Part shown: piece by piece, positions 54,149-64,000 of the stretch
How positions within the stretch are numbered: position 1 is the stretch's first letter
Layout: every line of letters begins with the position of its first letter
Assembly: GCA_027023405.1 (NCBI GenBank)
Contig: JALVVN010000006.1
Span: 55,142-119,141 of the forward strand
DNA: 64,000 bases
Reading direction: 5' to 3'
Origin: Campylobacterales bacterium
Lineage (GTDB): Bacteria > Campylobacterota > Campylobacteria > Campylobacterales > QNZT01
Position numbers and translations under genes: made by a program
Notes under the pieces: generated by a model
The model's database searches: none
What the model was told of the DNA's origin: nothing
What the model saw: the letters and a program-made list of their open reading frames with translations, nothing else

Positions 54149-56446
54149 ATGGAAGATTTACAAGAGATATTAGAAGATTTTTTAGTCGAAGCCTCCGAGC
54201 TTGTCGAGCAAATGGATCAAGATTTGGTTGAGTTAGAGAACAACCCCGATGATCTTGAACTCCTCAACTCTATTTTTCGTGTCGCACATACCGTCAAAGG
54301 TTCAAGCTCCTTTTTGAATTTTGATGTGCTTACCAAACTTACACACCATATGGAAGATGTACTCAATAAAGCGCGACGAGACGAGCTCAAAATCACACCG
54401 GAGATCATGGATGTCGTGCTTGAATCGGTCGATCTGATGAAAGAGTTGCTTGATGCTATTAAACATGATGGAAATGATGTCGAATGCGGTATCGATATCG
54501 ATGAGATTGTCGCTAAATTGGATGCTGCCAGTAGAGGAGAGGAGATTGGATCTATAACGGCACTGGAGGAGAATCTTCAAGCTACTCAACCCCAAGAAAC
54601 CAAGAACGACAAAGAAGCACAAGTTGAGGAGGAAGACTACTCCAATATGAGTGATGAAGATGTAGAGGCAGAGATTGCAAGACTGCTAGAAGAGAAGCAG
54701 AAAGAGAAAGAGCAGAAAAAAGCCAAAAAAGTAGCTCAAGCTTCTCAGGCAAAACCGGTGCAAAAAGAGTCAAAAAATGAATCAAAACCCAAAGAAACTT
54801 CCAAAGCATCTACTCCTGAACAAACGATCCGAGTCGAAGTCAAACGACTCGATCACTTGATGAACCTCATCGGTGAACTCGTACTGGGTAAAAACCGTCT
54901 ACTCAAGATCTACGATGATGTCGAAGAGCGCTATGACGGTGAGAAATTTCTCGAAGAGCTCAACCAAGTCGTCTCATCCGTTTCGATGGTCACAACCGAT
55001 CTGCAAATCGCCGTGATGAAAACACGAATGCTTCCTGTCTCAAAAGTATTCAACAAATTCCCAAGACTCGTACGAGATCTCTCACGAGAACTCAACAAAG
55101 ATATCGAACTTGTGATGAGTGGTGAAGAGACAGAGCTTGATAAATCAATCGTTGAGGAGATCGGCGATCCGATCGTTCATATGATACGAAACTCTTGCGA
55201 TCACGGGATCGAAGATAAAGAGACGAGGGTAGCAAAAGGCAAACGAGAAAAGGGTACCGTTAAACTTAAAGCTTACAACGAGGGGAATCAAATCGTCATT
55301 GAAATTCAAGATGACGGTGCGGGAATGGATCCGGCATTTCTCAAGAAAAAGGCGATTGACAAAGGTGTCATTACCGAGCATGAAGCCAACAATATGAGTG
55401 ATAAAGAGGCGTACGGACTCATCTTCCGCCCCGGCTTCTCAACCGCTGCCAAAGTAACAGGCGTTTCAGGTCGGGGTGTCGGTATGGATGTGGTCAAAAC
55501 CAATATCGAAAATCTCAACGGTATCATCGATATCGATAGCGAAATTGGCGTAGGTACGACCTTTAAACTCCGTATTCCACTCACCCTTGCGATCATGCAA
55601 GCACTTTTGGTAACGGCGCAAGAGGAGTATTTTGCGATTCCTCTCTCTTCCGTCTTGGAAACAGTGCGCATCTCGATGGATGAGATCTATACGATCGAAG
55701 GGCGAAATGTACTCAAACTTAGAGATGAAGTGTTGTCATTGGTACGATTGAGCGATCTCTTTGATGTGGAGAAGGTCTTTGATACCTCAGAGCATATCTA
55801 TGTTGTTATTATCGGCGTGGCAGATGCCAAAATCGGACTTGTTGTCGATGGACTTGTCGGTCAAGAGGAGATCGTAATCAAGTCAATGGGTGACTACCTC
55901 AAGGGAATCGACGGAATTGCCGGTGCAACTATCCGTGGAGACGGTCGTGTCACACTTATCACCGATGTTTCGGCAATGTTCAAACTTGCCCAAGAGGTCA
56001 ATACCGATCTAACTGCGGAAGAGAGTGTCAATGAAGTGGTCAAAAACAGTCCGAGCGATTATAATATCCTCATCGTTGATGATAGTCGAACTGATCGTGC
56101 GATTATGCGTAAAGCACTCAAGCCGTTGGGACTCACGCTCACTGAAGCGACTAACGGTGTCGAAGCACTGAACATTATCAAGGCAGGTGATACTCAATTT
56201 GATGCAATTCTAGTCGATATTGAAATGCCGAGAATGGATGGCTACACACTCGCAAGCGAGATCCGAAAATACTCCAAATATAAAAATCTTCCGCTTCTAG
56301 CGATCACCTCCCGAACATCCAAGTCGGATAGACTTAGAGGTATCGAAGTCGGTATGACGGAGTATATCACCAAGCCATACTCACCGGAGTATCTCATCTC
56401 AACTGTCACCAAAAATATCAATTTACCTCAAGGAGTGAGCGCATGA
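54149..56446 (+). CDS. cheA: Chemotaxis histidine kinase CheA with C-terminal receiver domain
   Basis: Domains present: HPt (FRVAHTVKGSS), a Lys/Glu-rich linker, a dimerisation/HATPase part (HMIRNSCDHGIE, DDGAGMD, GRGVGMDVV), a CheW-like domain, and REC (ILIVDDSRTDR, VDIEMPRMDG, ITKP). Confidence 0.95.
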   Translation: MEDLQEILEDFLVEASELVEQMDQDLVELENNPDDLELLNSIFRVAHTVKGSSSFLNFDVLTKLTHHMEDVLNKARRDELKITPEIMDVVLESVDLMKELLDAIKHDGNDVECGIDIDEIVAKLDAASRGEEIGSITALEENLQATQPQETKNDKEAQVEEEDYSNMSDEDVEAEIARLLEEKQKEKEQKKAKKVAQASQAKPVQKESKNESKPKETSKASTPEQTIRVEVKRLDHLMNLIGELVLGKNRLLKIYDDVEERYDGEKFLEELNQVVSSVSMVTTDLQIAVMKTRMLPVSKVFNKFPRLVRDLSRELNKDIELVMSGEETELDKSIVEEIGDPIVHMIRNSCDHGIEDKETRVAKGKREKGTVKLKAYNEGNQIVIEIQDDGAGMDPAFLKKKAIDKGVITEHEANNMSDKEAYGLIFRPGFSTAAKVTGVSGRGVGMDVVKTNIENLNGIIDIDSEIGVGTTFKLRIPLTLAIMQALLVTAQEEYFAIPLSSVLETVRISMDEIYTIEGRNVLKLRDEVLSLVRLSDLFDVEKVFDTSEHIYVVIIGVADAKIGLVVDGLVGQEEIVIKSMGDYLKGIDGIAGATIRGDGRVTLITDVSAMFKLAQEVNTDLTAEESVNEVVKNSPSDYNILIVDDSRTDRAIMRKALKPLGLTLTEATNGVEALNIIKAGDTQFDAILVDIEMPRMDGYTLASEIRKYSKYKNLPLLAITSRTSKSDRLRGIEVGMTEYITKPYSPEYLISTVTKNINLPQGVSA

Positions 56447-56949
56447 GCGATCAATTAGCTAACATTATGAAACGACAACAGAATCAAGTCAAGTCATCCC
56501 TACTCCACGATGAGAAAAAAGAGGAGGAGATTATCCAACTTGTAGGCTTTACGGTAGGTGATGAAGAGTATGCCGTGCCGATCTTGAGCATTCAGGAGAT
56601 TATCAAGCCGATCGATTATACGCGTGTTCCCAAAACGCCGAAGTTTATACTGGGTGTTTTTAACTTGAGGGGAAATGTTATTCCATTGATCGATTTAAGA
56701 AAAAAATTTAATATTAAATCACAGGAAATCGATGAGAATACCCGTTATATTGTGATAAAAGATGGGGAGAATGTTGCTGGATTTGTCATCGATAAGATCA
56801 CTGAAGCGATTCGGCTCAATAAAAAACAGATCGATCCTACCCCCGAAACACTCAAAAAAGAGAAAAGTATTATCGAAGGGATAGGCAAACGGGAAAATTC
56901 GATTATCACAATCTTGAAGGTGGATGAACTACTAAAGAGAGACTTTTAG
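56443..56949 (+). CDS. cheW: Chemotaxis coupling protein CheW
   Basis: The CheW pattern is QLVGFTVGDEEYAVPILSIQEI, GVFNLRGNVIPLIDLRKKF and VAGFVIDKITE. It overlaps the cheA stop (ATGA). Confidence 0.92.
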   Translation: MSDQLANIMKRQQNQVKSSLLHDEKKEEEIIQLVGFTVGDEEYAVPILSIQEIIKPIDYTRVPKTPKFILGVFNLRGNVIPLIDLRKKFNIKSQEIDENTRYIVIKDGENVAGFVIDKITEAIRLNKKQIDPTPETLKKEKSIIEGIGKRENSIITILKVDELLKRDF

Positions 56950-57857
56950 TCCAATATTTTGCGTACAAGCCCAAAATTGTTAGCCGCCATAATGTGTGTT
57001 TTTGGGTGAAGTGCACGCAACTCTCCAAAAAGTTCTTTGGAGAGCTCAAGCCCTACCCTCTCCTGCTCCTCATCTGAAATCTTTTTCGCTTCATAGAGTG
57101 CATTTGTAAAGCGTTTAGGCACATAAACTCCTGGTACATGAGAGCTGAGAAACTGCGCCGTTCGTAGCTTTGTGATAGGGAAATATCCGAAGATTAGTTG
57201 CGGTTTTTTATCCTCTTTTTGTGCCAAAACGACCGCCTCATCAAAATACTCAAGCAATTTTTTCGCATTGTCGATACTATAAATCGGCTGGGTAATGATC
57301 CCTATCGCACCGTGCTCTAGCTTGAGCTTCATCTTTTTAATAAGATTTTTGGGATTTTTCGCATAAGCGTTGCTTACCGCAAGCGGATAGATCTTCTGTG
57401 GGCGACTCTCCAACGGCTGACCCGCATAGTCGATCCCGCTATTAAAGCACTTGATCATATCTAAAAGCATCGTGCTATTACCCTCAAATACCCCTTTGGT
57501 TTTGGGTTGATCACTCGCACTCGCGCTATCACCTGTCAGCGCTAAAATAAGGCGCACATCAAACTCATTAGCACCCAAGAGATCAGATTGTAGAGCAATT
57601 TTATTACGATCACGCATAGAGATCGTCGCAAGCGTCGGTTTACCAAAACGCTCTTGAAGTTTAATAGCGGCAAAGAGTGCGCTATATTTCATCTTCGCAA
57701 GCGGTGAGTCGGTCACAGAGAAGCCGTCCACCGCCCGATCTAACCCCAGCTCTTCAATACGGTCCAAGATAGGCTCAAAGGTGGGTGAGTGTCGAGGGGT
57801 CGTCTCTAGCGTCAATAATGTATCATTTTGCAACTTCTCTACCCACGCTTCAAACAC
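56946..57857 (-). CDS. metF: Methylenetetrahydrofolate reductase (MetF family)
   Basis: Motifs GFSVTDSP, ISMRDRNKIALQSDLLGA and LALTGD, plus a TIM-barrel-like length of 303 aa. Confidence 0.8.
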   Translation of the reverse strand: MFEAWVEKLQNDTLLTLETTPRHSPTFEPILDRIEELGLDRAVDGFSVTDSPLAKMKYSALFAAIKLQERFGKPTLATISMRDRNKIALQSDLLGANEFDVRLILALTGDSASASDQPKTKGVFEGNSTMLLDMIKCFNSGIDYAGQPLESRPQKIYPLAVSNAYAKNPKNLIKKMKLKLEHGAIGIITQPIYSIDNAKKLLEYFDEAVVLAQKEDKKPQLIFGYFPITKLRTAQFLSSHVPGVYVPKRFTNALYEAKKISDEEQERVGLELSKELFGELRALHPKTHIMAANNFGLVRKILD

Positions 57858-57920
57858 ACCAACACTCCCTTTTGAAATAAAAATGTGATATCATAGCCAA
57901 AAAAATTTTAGGACTGACTA

Positions 57921-58541
57921 ATGAAGCTGTGTATTTTTGATTTTGATTCGACACTGATGGATGGAGAGACAATTGACTTTTTGGCGGATGCGGCGGGAGC
58001 CGGATCGGAGGTAGCAAAAATTACCACCGAGGCGATGGAGGGGAGACTCGACTTTTTTGAATCTCTCACCAGACGGGTCAAACTACTAGAAGGGCTTGAA
58101 GTCAACCGTGTCGAAGAGATATGCCAAAATCTCCCTTATATGCCGGGTGCAAAAGAGACAATCCAAGCACTCAAACAAAAAGGCTACAAAGTCGTCGTAT
58201 TCTCCGGCGGATTTCGCAACGCCACGGCACACGCAAGAGAGATGCTGGGATTTGATGCCGATTTTGCCAATATCCTACACTTCAAAGATCATCGACTTAG
58301 TGGTCAAGTAGGCGGAGAGATGATGTTTGACTTCTCCAAAGGGGATATGATCCTGCGTTTGCAAGCGCTACTGAGAATCCCCAAAGCAGATACCGTCGTA
58401 GTAGGCGACGGCGCTAACGACCGATCGATGTTTACCTACGCCGACACAAAAATCGCCTTCTGCGCCAAAGAGATACTCAAAAAGGAGGCAAATGTAATCG
58501 TTGATACGAAAGATTTGAGAGAGATTTTAAAATATTTATAA
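57921..58541 (+). CDS. serB: Phosphoserine phosphatase (HAD superfamily)
   Basis: HAD motif I is IFDFDSTL. Also present: SGGF, and motif III/IV GDGANDRSMF. Length is 206 aa. Confidence 0.85.
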   Translation: MKLCIFDFDSTLMDGETIDFLADAAGAGSEVAKITTEAMEGRLDFFESLTRRVKLLEGLEVNRVEEICQNLPYMPGAKETIQALKQKGYKVVVFSGGFRNATAHAREMLGFDADFANILHFKDHRLSGQVGGEMMFDFSKGDMILRLQALLRIPKADTVVVGDGANDRSMFTYADTKIAFCAKEILKKEANVIVDTKDLREILKYL

Positions 58542-58560
58542 ACTATAAGGAAAGTAAATT

Positions 58561-59562
58561 ATGCAACAACTCAAAGAAATAGACTTTAGCCTGTGGTGTG
58601 ATTTTATCGAGAGGGATTTTCTCAAAGAGCGTTTTGGACGGATGTTGCACGAGGGAGCGTTTAACGGTGCGACGAGTAATCCTGCCATCTTCAAGGAGGC
58701 GTTTCTGAACTCTCCCGCTTACAAAGAGGAGATCCGAACACTTCAGGGGAAAAATCCCAAAGATATTTACGAAACATTGGCGACCGAAGATATCCGATCT
58801 GCGGCGCAAGCACTCTTGCCTCTCTACAAAAAGGGTGAGGACGGTTTTATCTCTATTGAGATTGATCCGCTGTTGGGTGATGATGTAGAGGGAAGTTTAG
58901 AGGAGGCGTATCGGCTTTGGGATCGGATCGCGATGCCCAATGTGATGATCAAAGTACCCGCGACAAATGCAGGTTTTGAAATCATGCAGACACTTATCAC
59001 CAAAGCGATTCCTGTCAATGCAACACTGATCTTTTCACCCGATCAGGCACAAAACTGTCTTGACGCATTTGAACAAGGATATGCAACACTCAAACAAAAA
59101 AATCCCGATACACCGATGCCAAAAGCGGTCATTAGTGTCTTTGTGAGTCGCTTTGATCGTAAAATTAACGCAACCTTAAATGAACGAGATCTTCCCAAAA
59201 ATCTCTTGGGTATTTATAATGCAACGCGAATCTATCACCTCATCGAAAAACGAAATAATCCACATATTCGTACCCTTTTTGCCAGTACCGGTGTCAAAGG
59301 CGATGAACTCAAAGCGGACTACTACATCAAAGCGCTACTCTACCCCCATAGTGTCAATACTGCTCCCCTTGCCACTATCGAAGCTTTTTTAGAAAACGGA
59401 GATTTCACGCCGAAAACACCCCTCAACCTAGATGAAATTGAAATATATTTCAAAAAATTAAAAAATGCCGATATAGAGATAGAAGATCTCTATCATGAGC
59501 TTTTGGATGAGGGTATGGATGCCTTTAAAAAAGCCTTTGAGGAGATCCTTTCAGCACTTTAG
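58561..59562 (+). CDS. tal: Transaldolase
   Basis: Motifs GATSNPAIF, active-site MIKVPAT, VNATLIFS and SVFVSRFD. Confidence 0.88.
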   Translation: MQQLKEIDFSLWCDFIERDFLKERFGRMLHEGAFNGATSNPAIFKEAFLNSPAYKEEIRTLQGKNPKDIYETLATEDIRSAAQALLPLYKKGEDGFISIEIDPLLGDDVEGSLEEAYRLWDRIAMPNVMIKVPATNAGFEIMQTLITKAIPVNATLIFSPDQAQNCLDAFEQGYATLKQKNPDTPMPKAVISVFVSRFDRKINATLNERDLPKNLLGIYNATRIYHLIEKRNNPHIRTLFASTGVKGDELKADYYIKALLYPHSVNTAPLATIEAFLENGDFTPKTPLNLDEIEIYFKKLKNADIEIEDLYHELLDEGMDAFKKAFEEILSAL

Positions 59563-59574
59563 AAGGGGTTAAAG

Positions 59575-60795
59575 ATGAATCATTTGGATCAAATGAGTGA
59601 TGAAGAGTATATGGAAAATATCAATCTTGAAGAGGAGAGCGAGTTTGATGTCAATTCTCTCTCTTTTGAGATGGATAAGAAACTAAAGTTTTATCTTGCA
59701 GGATTAGTTGAGCACGGCGGAAGTGACCTCCACCTCAAAAGCGGTTCACAATTTCGTGGCAGAATCCACGGTGAGATGATTAAACTCTCGGATGAGATTT
59801 TGAGCTACAAAGATGGGATTCAGCTAGCCAAAGAGGTGCTCAAGGGGCGCTTTAAGGATTTGGTACGCGATAAGAGTGTCGATTTTAACTACAAACTCAA
59901 CGAAAAATACCGCTTTCGTGGCAATATGTTTTTTCAAGCCGACGGTGTTTCAGCGGTTTTTCGTGTCATCCCCGTCGATATCCCGACAATGGAAGCGCTC
60001 AATCTACCTAAATCGATCGGCAAACTCTGCGATCTCAAAAGAGGCTTGGTGCTGGTAACAGGACCTACCGGTAGCGGTAAATCAACCACGCTTGCTTCCA
60101 TCATCGACAATATCAATATGCATCAAAAGAAGCATATCATCACTATCGAAGATCCGATCGAGTTTGTTTATCAAGATAAAAATTCACTTATCAACCAACG
60201 CGCCATCGGTCAGGATGCAAAAGATTTCTCCACCGCGCTTCGAGCGGCACTTCGTGAAGATCCCGATGTCATACTTGTAGGTGAGATGCGTGATATGGAG
60301 ACCATCGAGACGGCGATGCACGCAGCGGAGACCGGTCACCTCGTCCTCTCCACACTCCACACCGTCGATGCCAAAGATACCATCAATCGTATCATCGGTA
60401 TGTTTCCCGGAAATGAACAAAACAAGATCCGTATGTCACTTGCCGCCGTATTGCAGGGTGTCCTCTCACAGCGACTCGTCAAAACCACTGACGGAAAACG
60501 CGCCGCGGCAATTGAAATTCTCCTCAGAAATGCAAGGATCGAGTCACTCATCGCTGACGCGAGGGATGCGGAGATCACCGAAGCGGTCAAAGAAGGTAAA
60601 GATATTTACGGAATGCAAACCTTTGATCAAGCACTCCTCGATCTCTATAAAGATGGTCGTATCACCAAAGAGGAAGCGCTCATCAACGCTACCAACCGAA
60701 GTGACCTTAATATGCAACTCGATGAGTTTAACTCTTTAGTAAACGGTAGAGAAAATATAGAAGATTCGATGATTGACCTCAAAATTGAAGCTTAA
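59575..60795 (+). CDS. pilT: PilT/PilU-family type IV pilus retraction-type ATPase with an about 50-aa N-terminal extension
   Basis: It has Walker A GPTGSGKST, Asp/His boxes (IITIEDPIEF, ALREDPDVILVGEMRD, TGHLVLSTLHT) and a PilT-type AIRNLIRE-like region (LLRNARIESLIAD). Confidence 0.82.
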   Translation: MNHLDQMSDEEYMENINLEEESEFDVNSLSFEMDKKLKFYLAGLVEHGGSDLHLKSGSQFRGRIHGEMIKLSDEILSYKDGIQLAKEVLKGRFKDLVRDKSVDFNYKLNEKYRFRGNMFFQADGVSAVFRVIPVDIPTMEALNLPKSIGKLCDLKRGLVLVTGPTGSGKSTTLASIIDNINMHQKKHIITIEDPIEFVYQDKNSLINQRAIGQDAKDFSTALRAALREDPDVILVGEMRDMETIETAMHAAETGHLVLSTLHTVDAKDTINRIIGMFPGNEQNKIRMSLAAVLQGVLSQRLVKTTDGKRAAAIEILLRNARIESLIADARDAEITEAVKEGKDIYGMQTFDQALLDLYKDGRITKEEALINATNRSDLNMQLDEFNSLVNGRENIEDSMIDLKIEA

Positions 60796-60852
60796 TTTCA
60801 GCTTCAATTTAGTATGATCAGCGCCTTAAATTTTAATCGAAGGAAATAGATT

Positions 60853-61389
60853 ATGTTAGAGGGAATCGTTAGAGAGAGTATCGGTAAAAAAGCGACAAAA
60901 GCTTTAAGACGAGATGGTTATCTAATCGCCAACATTTATGCCAAAGGGATGGAAAATATCAATGCGGCATTCAAAGACAATGAATTTATCAAAGCCGTTC
61001 GTAGAAAAGAGGGGCTCATTTTTGATGTCAAAGTAGGCGATCAAACCCTGCCGGTCATCATCCAAGACTATCAAAGAGATCCTGTAACCAATAGATTGTT
61101 GCATGTTGATCTTCGTGTTGCCAAAGAGGGTGTACTCTCTAAATATTTGGTACCGGTTAAAACAGTTGGAACACCCAAAGGTCTCAAAAACAAAGGTGTA
61201 CTTATTTTCTCAAAGAAGCGACTACTTGTCAAAGCAAAAGCGGAAGATCTTCCAGATAGCTTCACACTTGATGTCAGCGATCTTGATGTAGGGGATACTA
61301 TTCTTGTTAGAGATATCGAAGTACCTGCAAATGTAACACTCATGGATGCAGATCGTGTATCTGTCGTAGGTGTTATCAAAGCGAAATAA
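60853..61389 (+). CDS. rplY: 50S ribosomal protein L25 / general stress protein Ctc
   Basis: Motifs [32 protein letters not shown] and a C-terminal beta domain; length is 178 aa. Confidence 0.88.
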   Translation: MLEGIVRESIGKKATKALRRDGYLIANIYAKGMENINAAFKDNEFIKAVRRKEGLIFDVKVGDQTLPVIIQDYQRDPVTNRLLHVDLRVAKEGVLSKYLVPVKTVGTPKGLKNKGVLIFSKKRLLVKAKAEDLPDSFTLDVSDLDVGDTILVRDIEVPANVTLMDADRVSVVGVIKAK

Positions 61390-61395
61390 TTTAGC

Positions 61396-61962
61396 GTGTT
61401 TTTGCTAGTAGGTCTAGGCAATCCTGGACAAAAATATGCTGGCAATCGACACAATATCGGCTTTATGCTCATCGATCAACTCATCGATGAGCTAGGTGCC
61501 ATCACTATTAGCAAACCTGCTTTCAAAGGCGAACTCTACAAAGCCAAAAATCTTCTACTTTTAAAACCGCACACTTTTATGAATCTCTCAGGTGAGAGTG
61601 TTGTGAGTGTCGCAAACTACTACAAGATCGACAATGACGCTATTGCCGTCGCACACGATGAGCTCGATATTCCACTCGGATCAATTCGCCTAAAGATCGG
61701 CGGTGGTAGCGGCGGACACAACGGCATCAAGTCGATCGATAGCCACATCGGCAATGACTATATACGCCTACGACTGGGGATTGGACGACCGGAGCACAAA
61801 TCCGCCGTCACTGGGTATGTGCTGGGTGACTTTGCCAAAGAACAAACACCCTGCTTGGAAAAAATCTTGGAAACCGCTACAAAGATCGCCCAAGATCTAC
61901 CACACAGCGATCTTCCCGAAATCCGACAAAAGTATCAACTCAAACAACCGATCTGCTCATGA
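61396..61962 (+). CDS. pth: Peptidyl-tRNA hydrolase
   Basis: Motifs LLVGLGNPGQKYAGNRHNIGF, MNLSGESV and GGHNGIKS. It has a GTG start. Confidence 0.93.
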   Translation: MFLLVGLGNPGQKYAGNRHNIGFMLIDQLIDELGAITISKPAFKGELYKAKNLLLLKPHTFMNLSGESVVSVANYYKIDNDAIAVAHDELDIPLGSIRLKIGGGSGGHNGIKSIDSHIGNDYIRLRLGIGRPEHKSAVTGYVLGDFAKEQTPCLEKILETATKIAQDLPHSDLPEIRQKYQLKQPICS

Positions 61963-63017
61963 AAATTTATCAAAAATTTCTACTCAAACGCTATATCAAA
62001 AATTTTCTCATCCTCTTTTTGGCACTTTCACTCTTTTTTACCGGGATTGATTTGATGCAAAATTTCAAATCCCTCCCCCACTCCGCCAACCTTCAGATCA
62101 TCTACACCGTCAATAAATTTATGAGTTTTGTGAGTTACACCCTCCCACTCTCACTGGTTTTTGCGATGTTTAACACTATCTTTTCTCTCATCAAATCGAG
62201 TGAGCTAGTCGCTATCTATGCCTTGGGAGTCTCTAAGTGGAAGATCATTCAGCCCATCTTTTTCCTCTCTATTCTACTAACTCTCGGCTACATTCTACTG
62301 GGCTTCACCTCATTCGCTCAAGCAGACGATCGCGCTGAAAATATCCGAAAATATGGCACTATTTCGATCGCCACGAACAATATTTTCATCAAATCTCACA
62401 ACGACTATGTCGCTATCCAAGCACTCTCCCCACTCAAAAAAGAGGCGACAGGTGTCAAGATATTTCGCACCAAAGAGGGACATTTGGATGAAGTGATAAG
62501 CGCCAAACACGCCCACTTTACCAATAACCAATGGAATCTTGAATCGGTCACACAAACCAAGCTCCAAAAGCCTGATACAGAAGCGGGCAAACTCCAGATC
62601 AAGCACTTGACAACTTATAGTGCACTCCACGACTTCAATCCCGATGTACTGACCAACCTCTTCAAAGGAACGGGCAAACTCAATATCAGAGATACCCTTT
62701 TAGCGATGAAACTCAGCGATCGAGAGGGGATGGACGGTGGATCGATTCGCGCGCATCTCTACATCCTTATCCTCTTTCCACTCTTTGCACCTATTGTGAT
62801 CTTGGGACTCTTTTTTCCCCTTCCTTTACAGCGACGGGGAAGCAATCTCGCCCTTTTGAGTTCACTCTACATCTTCGGTTCACTGCTGATCTGGGGTATT
62901 ATCTTTACGATGTCGCGCATAGCGACAAACGGTGCCCTCTCTCCCGAAGCGGGTATTCTGCTTCCGCTGATTCTCCTGCTTTTGGGCGCACTCTATCTCA
63001 TGAAACGGTACCGCTAA
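61959..63017 (+). CDS. LptF/LptG-family (YjgP/YjgQ) LPS export permease
   Basis: It has an N-terminal IYQKFLLKRYIKNFLILF motif, three TM helices, a periplasmic beta-jellyroll-sized loop and three C-terminal TM helices. It overlaps the pth stop (ATGA). Confidence 0.78.
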   Translation: MKIYQKFLLKRYIKNFLILFLALSLFFTGIDLMQNFKSLPHSANLQIIYTVNKFMSFVSYTLPLSLVFAMFNTIFSLIKSSELVAIYALGVSKWKIIQPIFFLSILLTLGYILLGFTSFAQADDRAENIRKYGTISIATNNIFIKSHNDYVAIQALSPLKKEATGVKIFRTKEGHLDEVISAKHAHFTNNQWNLESVTQTKLQKPDTEAGKLQIKHLTTYSALHDFNPDVLTNLFKGTGKLNIRDTLLAMKLSDREGMDGGSIRAHLYILILFPLFAPIVILGLFFPLPLQRRGSNLALLSSLYIFGSLLIWGIIFTMSRIATNGALSPEAGILLPLILLLLGALYLMKRYR

Positions 63018-63075
63018 TACCCAATTATCAAACTTTTTAGCTACAATACCCAAAACAAAAAATAAGGTGATTTTT

Positions 63076-64000
63076 ATGGTTGATTATCACGCATTGGCAC
63101 AAAAGTACGGTACACCGCTCTATCTTTACGATTTTGACGCGATCGCATCACAATATACAAAACTCAAAGAGGCGTTTAGCGCACGAAAATCTCTCGTTTG
63201 CTACGCCGTCAAAGCCAACTCCAACCTCAGCGTCATCAAACATCTTGTCGATCTCGGCGCAGGGTGTGACTGTGTCTCGATCGGAGAGGTCAGACGCGCG
63301 CAACTCGCCGGCGCTCCAGGCTACAAGATCATTTTTTCGGGTGTCGGCAAACGAGATGATGAGATCAGGGAAGCACTAGAGCGCGATATCTTGATGATCA
63401 ATCTCGAAAGTGAAGCTGAGATGGAGCGCGTCGAAATGATTGCTCAAGAGATGGGCATCTGCGCACGAATCAGCGTGCGGGTCAATCCCAATATCGATCC
63501 CCAAACCCACCCTTATATTTCAACGGGTCTGCACGCCAATAAATTCGGTGTCGATGAGGATACGGCAAAACGCATCTATATCAAAGCCAAAAACTCCCCC
63601 CATCTCGATCCCGTCGGTATTCACTTCCATATCGGATCACAGCTCACACAACTCGATCCTATCAAAGAGGCAAGTGAGATCGTCGCCAACCTCGTACGCC
63701 AGCTCCAAGCGCTCGACATTCAAATCCGTTTCTTTGATGTCGGTGGCGGTCTGGGGATCGACTATGAGGGAGAGAAGCTGATCGAACCCTACGACTACGC
63801 ACAGGCAATCTTGGGCACACTCTCGGGGCTTGATGTAACGATCATGTGCGAACCGGGTCGTTTTCTGCTCGGAAACAGTGGAGAATTTTTGACACGCGTA
63901 CTCTATGAAAAGGTCAACGGCGACAAGCGTTTTGTCATCGTGGACGGCGCGATGAACGACCTCATTCGCCCCTCTCTCTACAACGCCGTTCACCGTATCA
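63076..64000 (+). CDS. lysA: Diaminopimelate decarboxylase (3' end beyond the window)
   Basis: The ATG at 63076 follows AAGGTG. The translation MVDYHALAQKYGTPLYLYDFD...CYAVKANSN (PLP lysine)...HFHIGSQ...GGGLGI...CEPGRFL runs open to the window edge. Confidence 0.9.
   Translation, partial: MVDYHALAQKYGTPLYLYDFDAIASQYTKLKEAFSARKSLVCYAVKANSNLSVIKHLVDLGAGCDCVSIGEVRRAQLAGAPGYKIIFSGVGKRDDEIREALERDILMINLESEAEMERVEMIAQEMGICARISVRVNPNIDPQTHPYISTGLHANKFGVDEDTAKRIYIKAKNSPHLDPVGIHFHIGSQLTQLDPIKEASEIVANLVRQLQALDIQIRFFDVGGGLGIDYEGEKLIEPYDYAQAILGTLSGLDVTIMCEPGRFLLGNSGEFLTRVLYEKVNGDKRFVIVDGAMNDLIRPSLYNAVHRI

Noticed and set aside
54600-54830. A Lys/Glu-rich low-complexity stretch in cheA that generates several alternative-frame ORFs.
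   Set aside because: It corresponds to the flexible linker between the HPt and dimerisation domains of CheA. It is not an independent element.
53183-56949. The cheV-cheA(REC)-cheW operon as a novel fusion.
   Set aside because: CheA with a C-terminal receiver, and this gene order, are the established arrangement in Campylobacter, Helicobacter and relatives. It is informative for taxonomy only.
1-64000. Search for CRISPR arrays, rRNA or tRNA genes, IS elements, integrases and prophage genes.
   Set aside because: I found no regularly spaced short repeats, no tRNA-like T-arm other than the one in tmRNA, and no transposase, integrase or phage-like ORFs.

Overview
The window looks like a chromosomal segment from a Campylobacterota (epsilonproteobacterial) organism. 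The clues are a cheV-cheA(REC fusion)-cheW operon, a tmRNA tag ending in ALAA, and TGnTATAAT-type promoters. The gene content suggests a sulfur-oxidising lifestyle: a Tat-exported type II-like sulfide:quinone oxidoreductase, a rhodanese, and several periplasmic c-type cytochromes. This lineage assignment is an inference from gene content and was not confirmed by any search.

About 70 protein-coding genes are dense and mostly housekeeping: recQ, htpX, rsmG, ribA, hemB, nhaA, trpA, panB, ruvB, xth, ilvE, hisIE, rplM-rpsI, lpxB, greA, argC, metF, serB, tal, rplY, pth and lysA. There is one ncRNA that I can call with confidence, the tmRNA at 31244-31620. I found no rRNA, tRNA, CRISPR array, transposase or integrase.

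Accessory or unusual content:
- A visibly AT-rich type II restriction-modification pair at 24154-25921.
- A decayed BrnT-like toxin next to an intact BrnA-like antitoxin at 9650-10206.
- An EmrAB-TolC-type efflux operon preceded by a pentaheme cytochrome.
- A pqiA(split)-pqiB-pqiC locus with an extra orphan PqiA-like gene.
- Two genes broken by single in-frame stop codons: a lipoprotein alpha-carbonic anhydrase (TAG at a conserved Trp) and a FadL-family porin (TAA).
- Several non-coding repeat or inverted-repeat elements.

The best candidate for an undescribed system is a four-gene operon at 37608-41423. It encodes free-standing periplasmic NarX/PilJ-type sensor modules plus a NIT-domain membrane protein whose kinase-like tail has lost its catalytic motifs. 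I see no convincing new defence system. All homology calls come from reading the translations and motifs by eye and need database confirmation.
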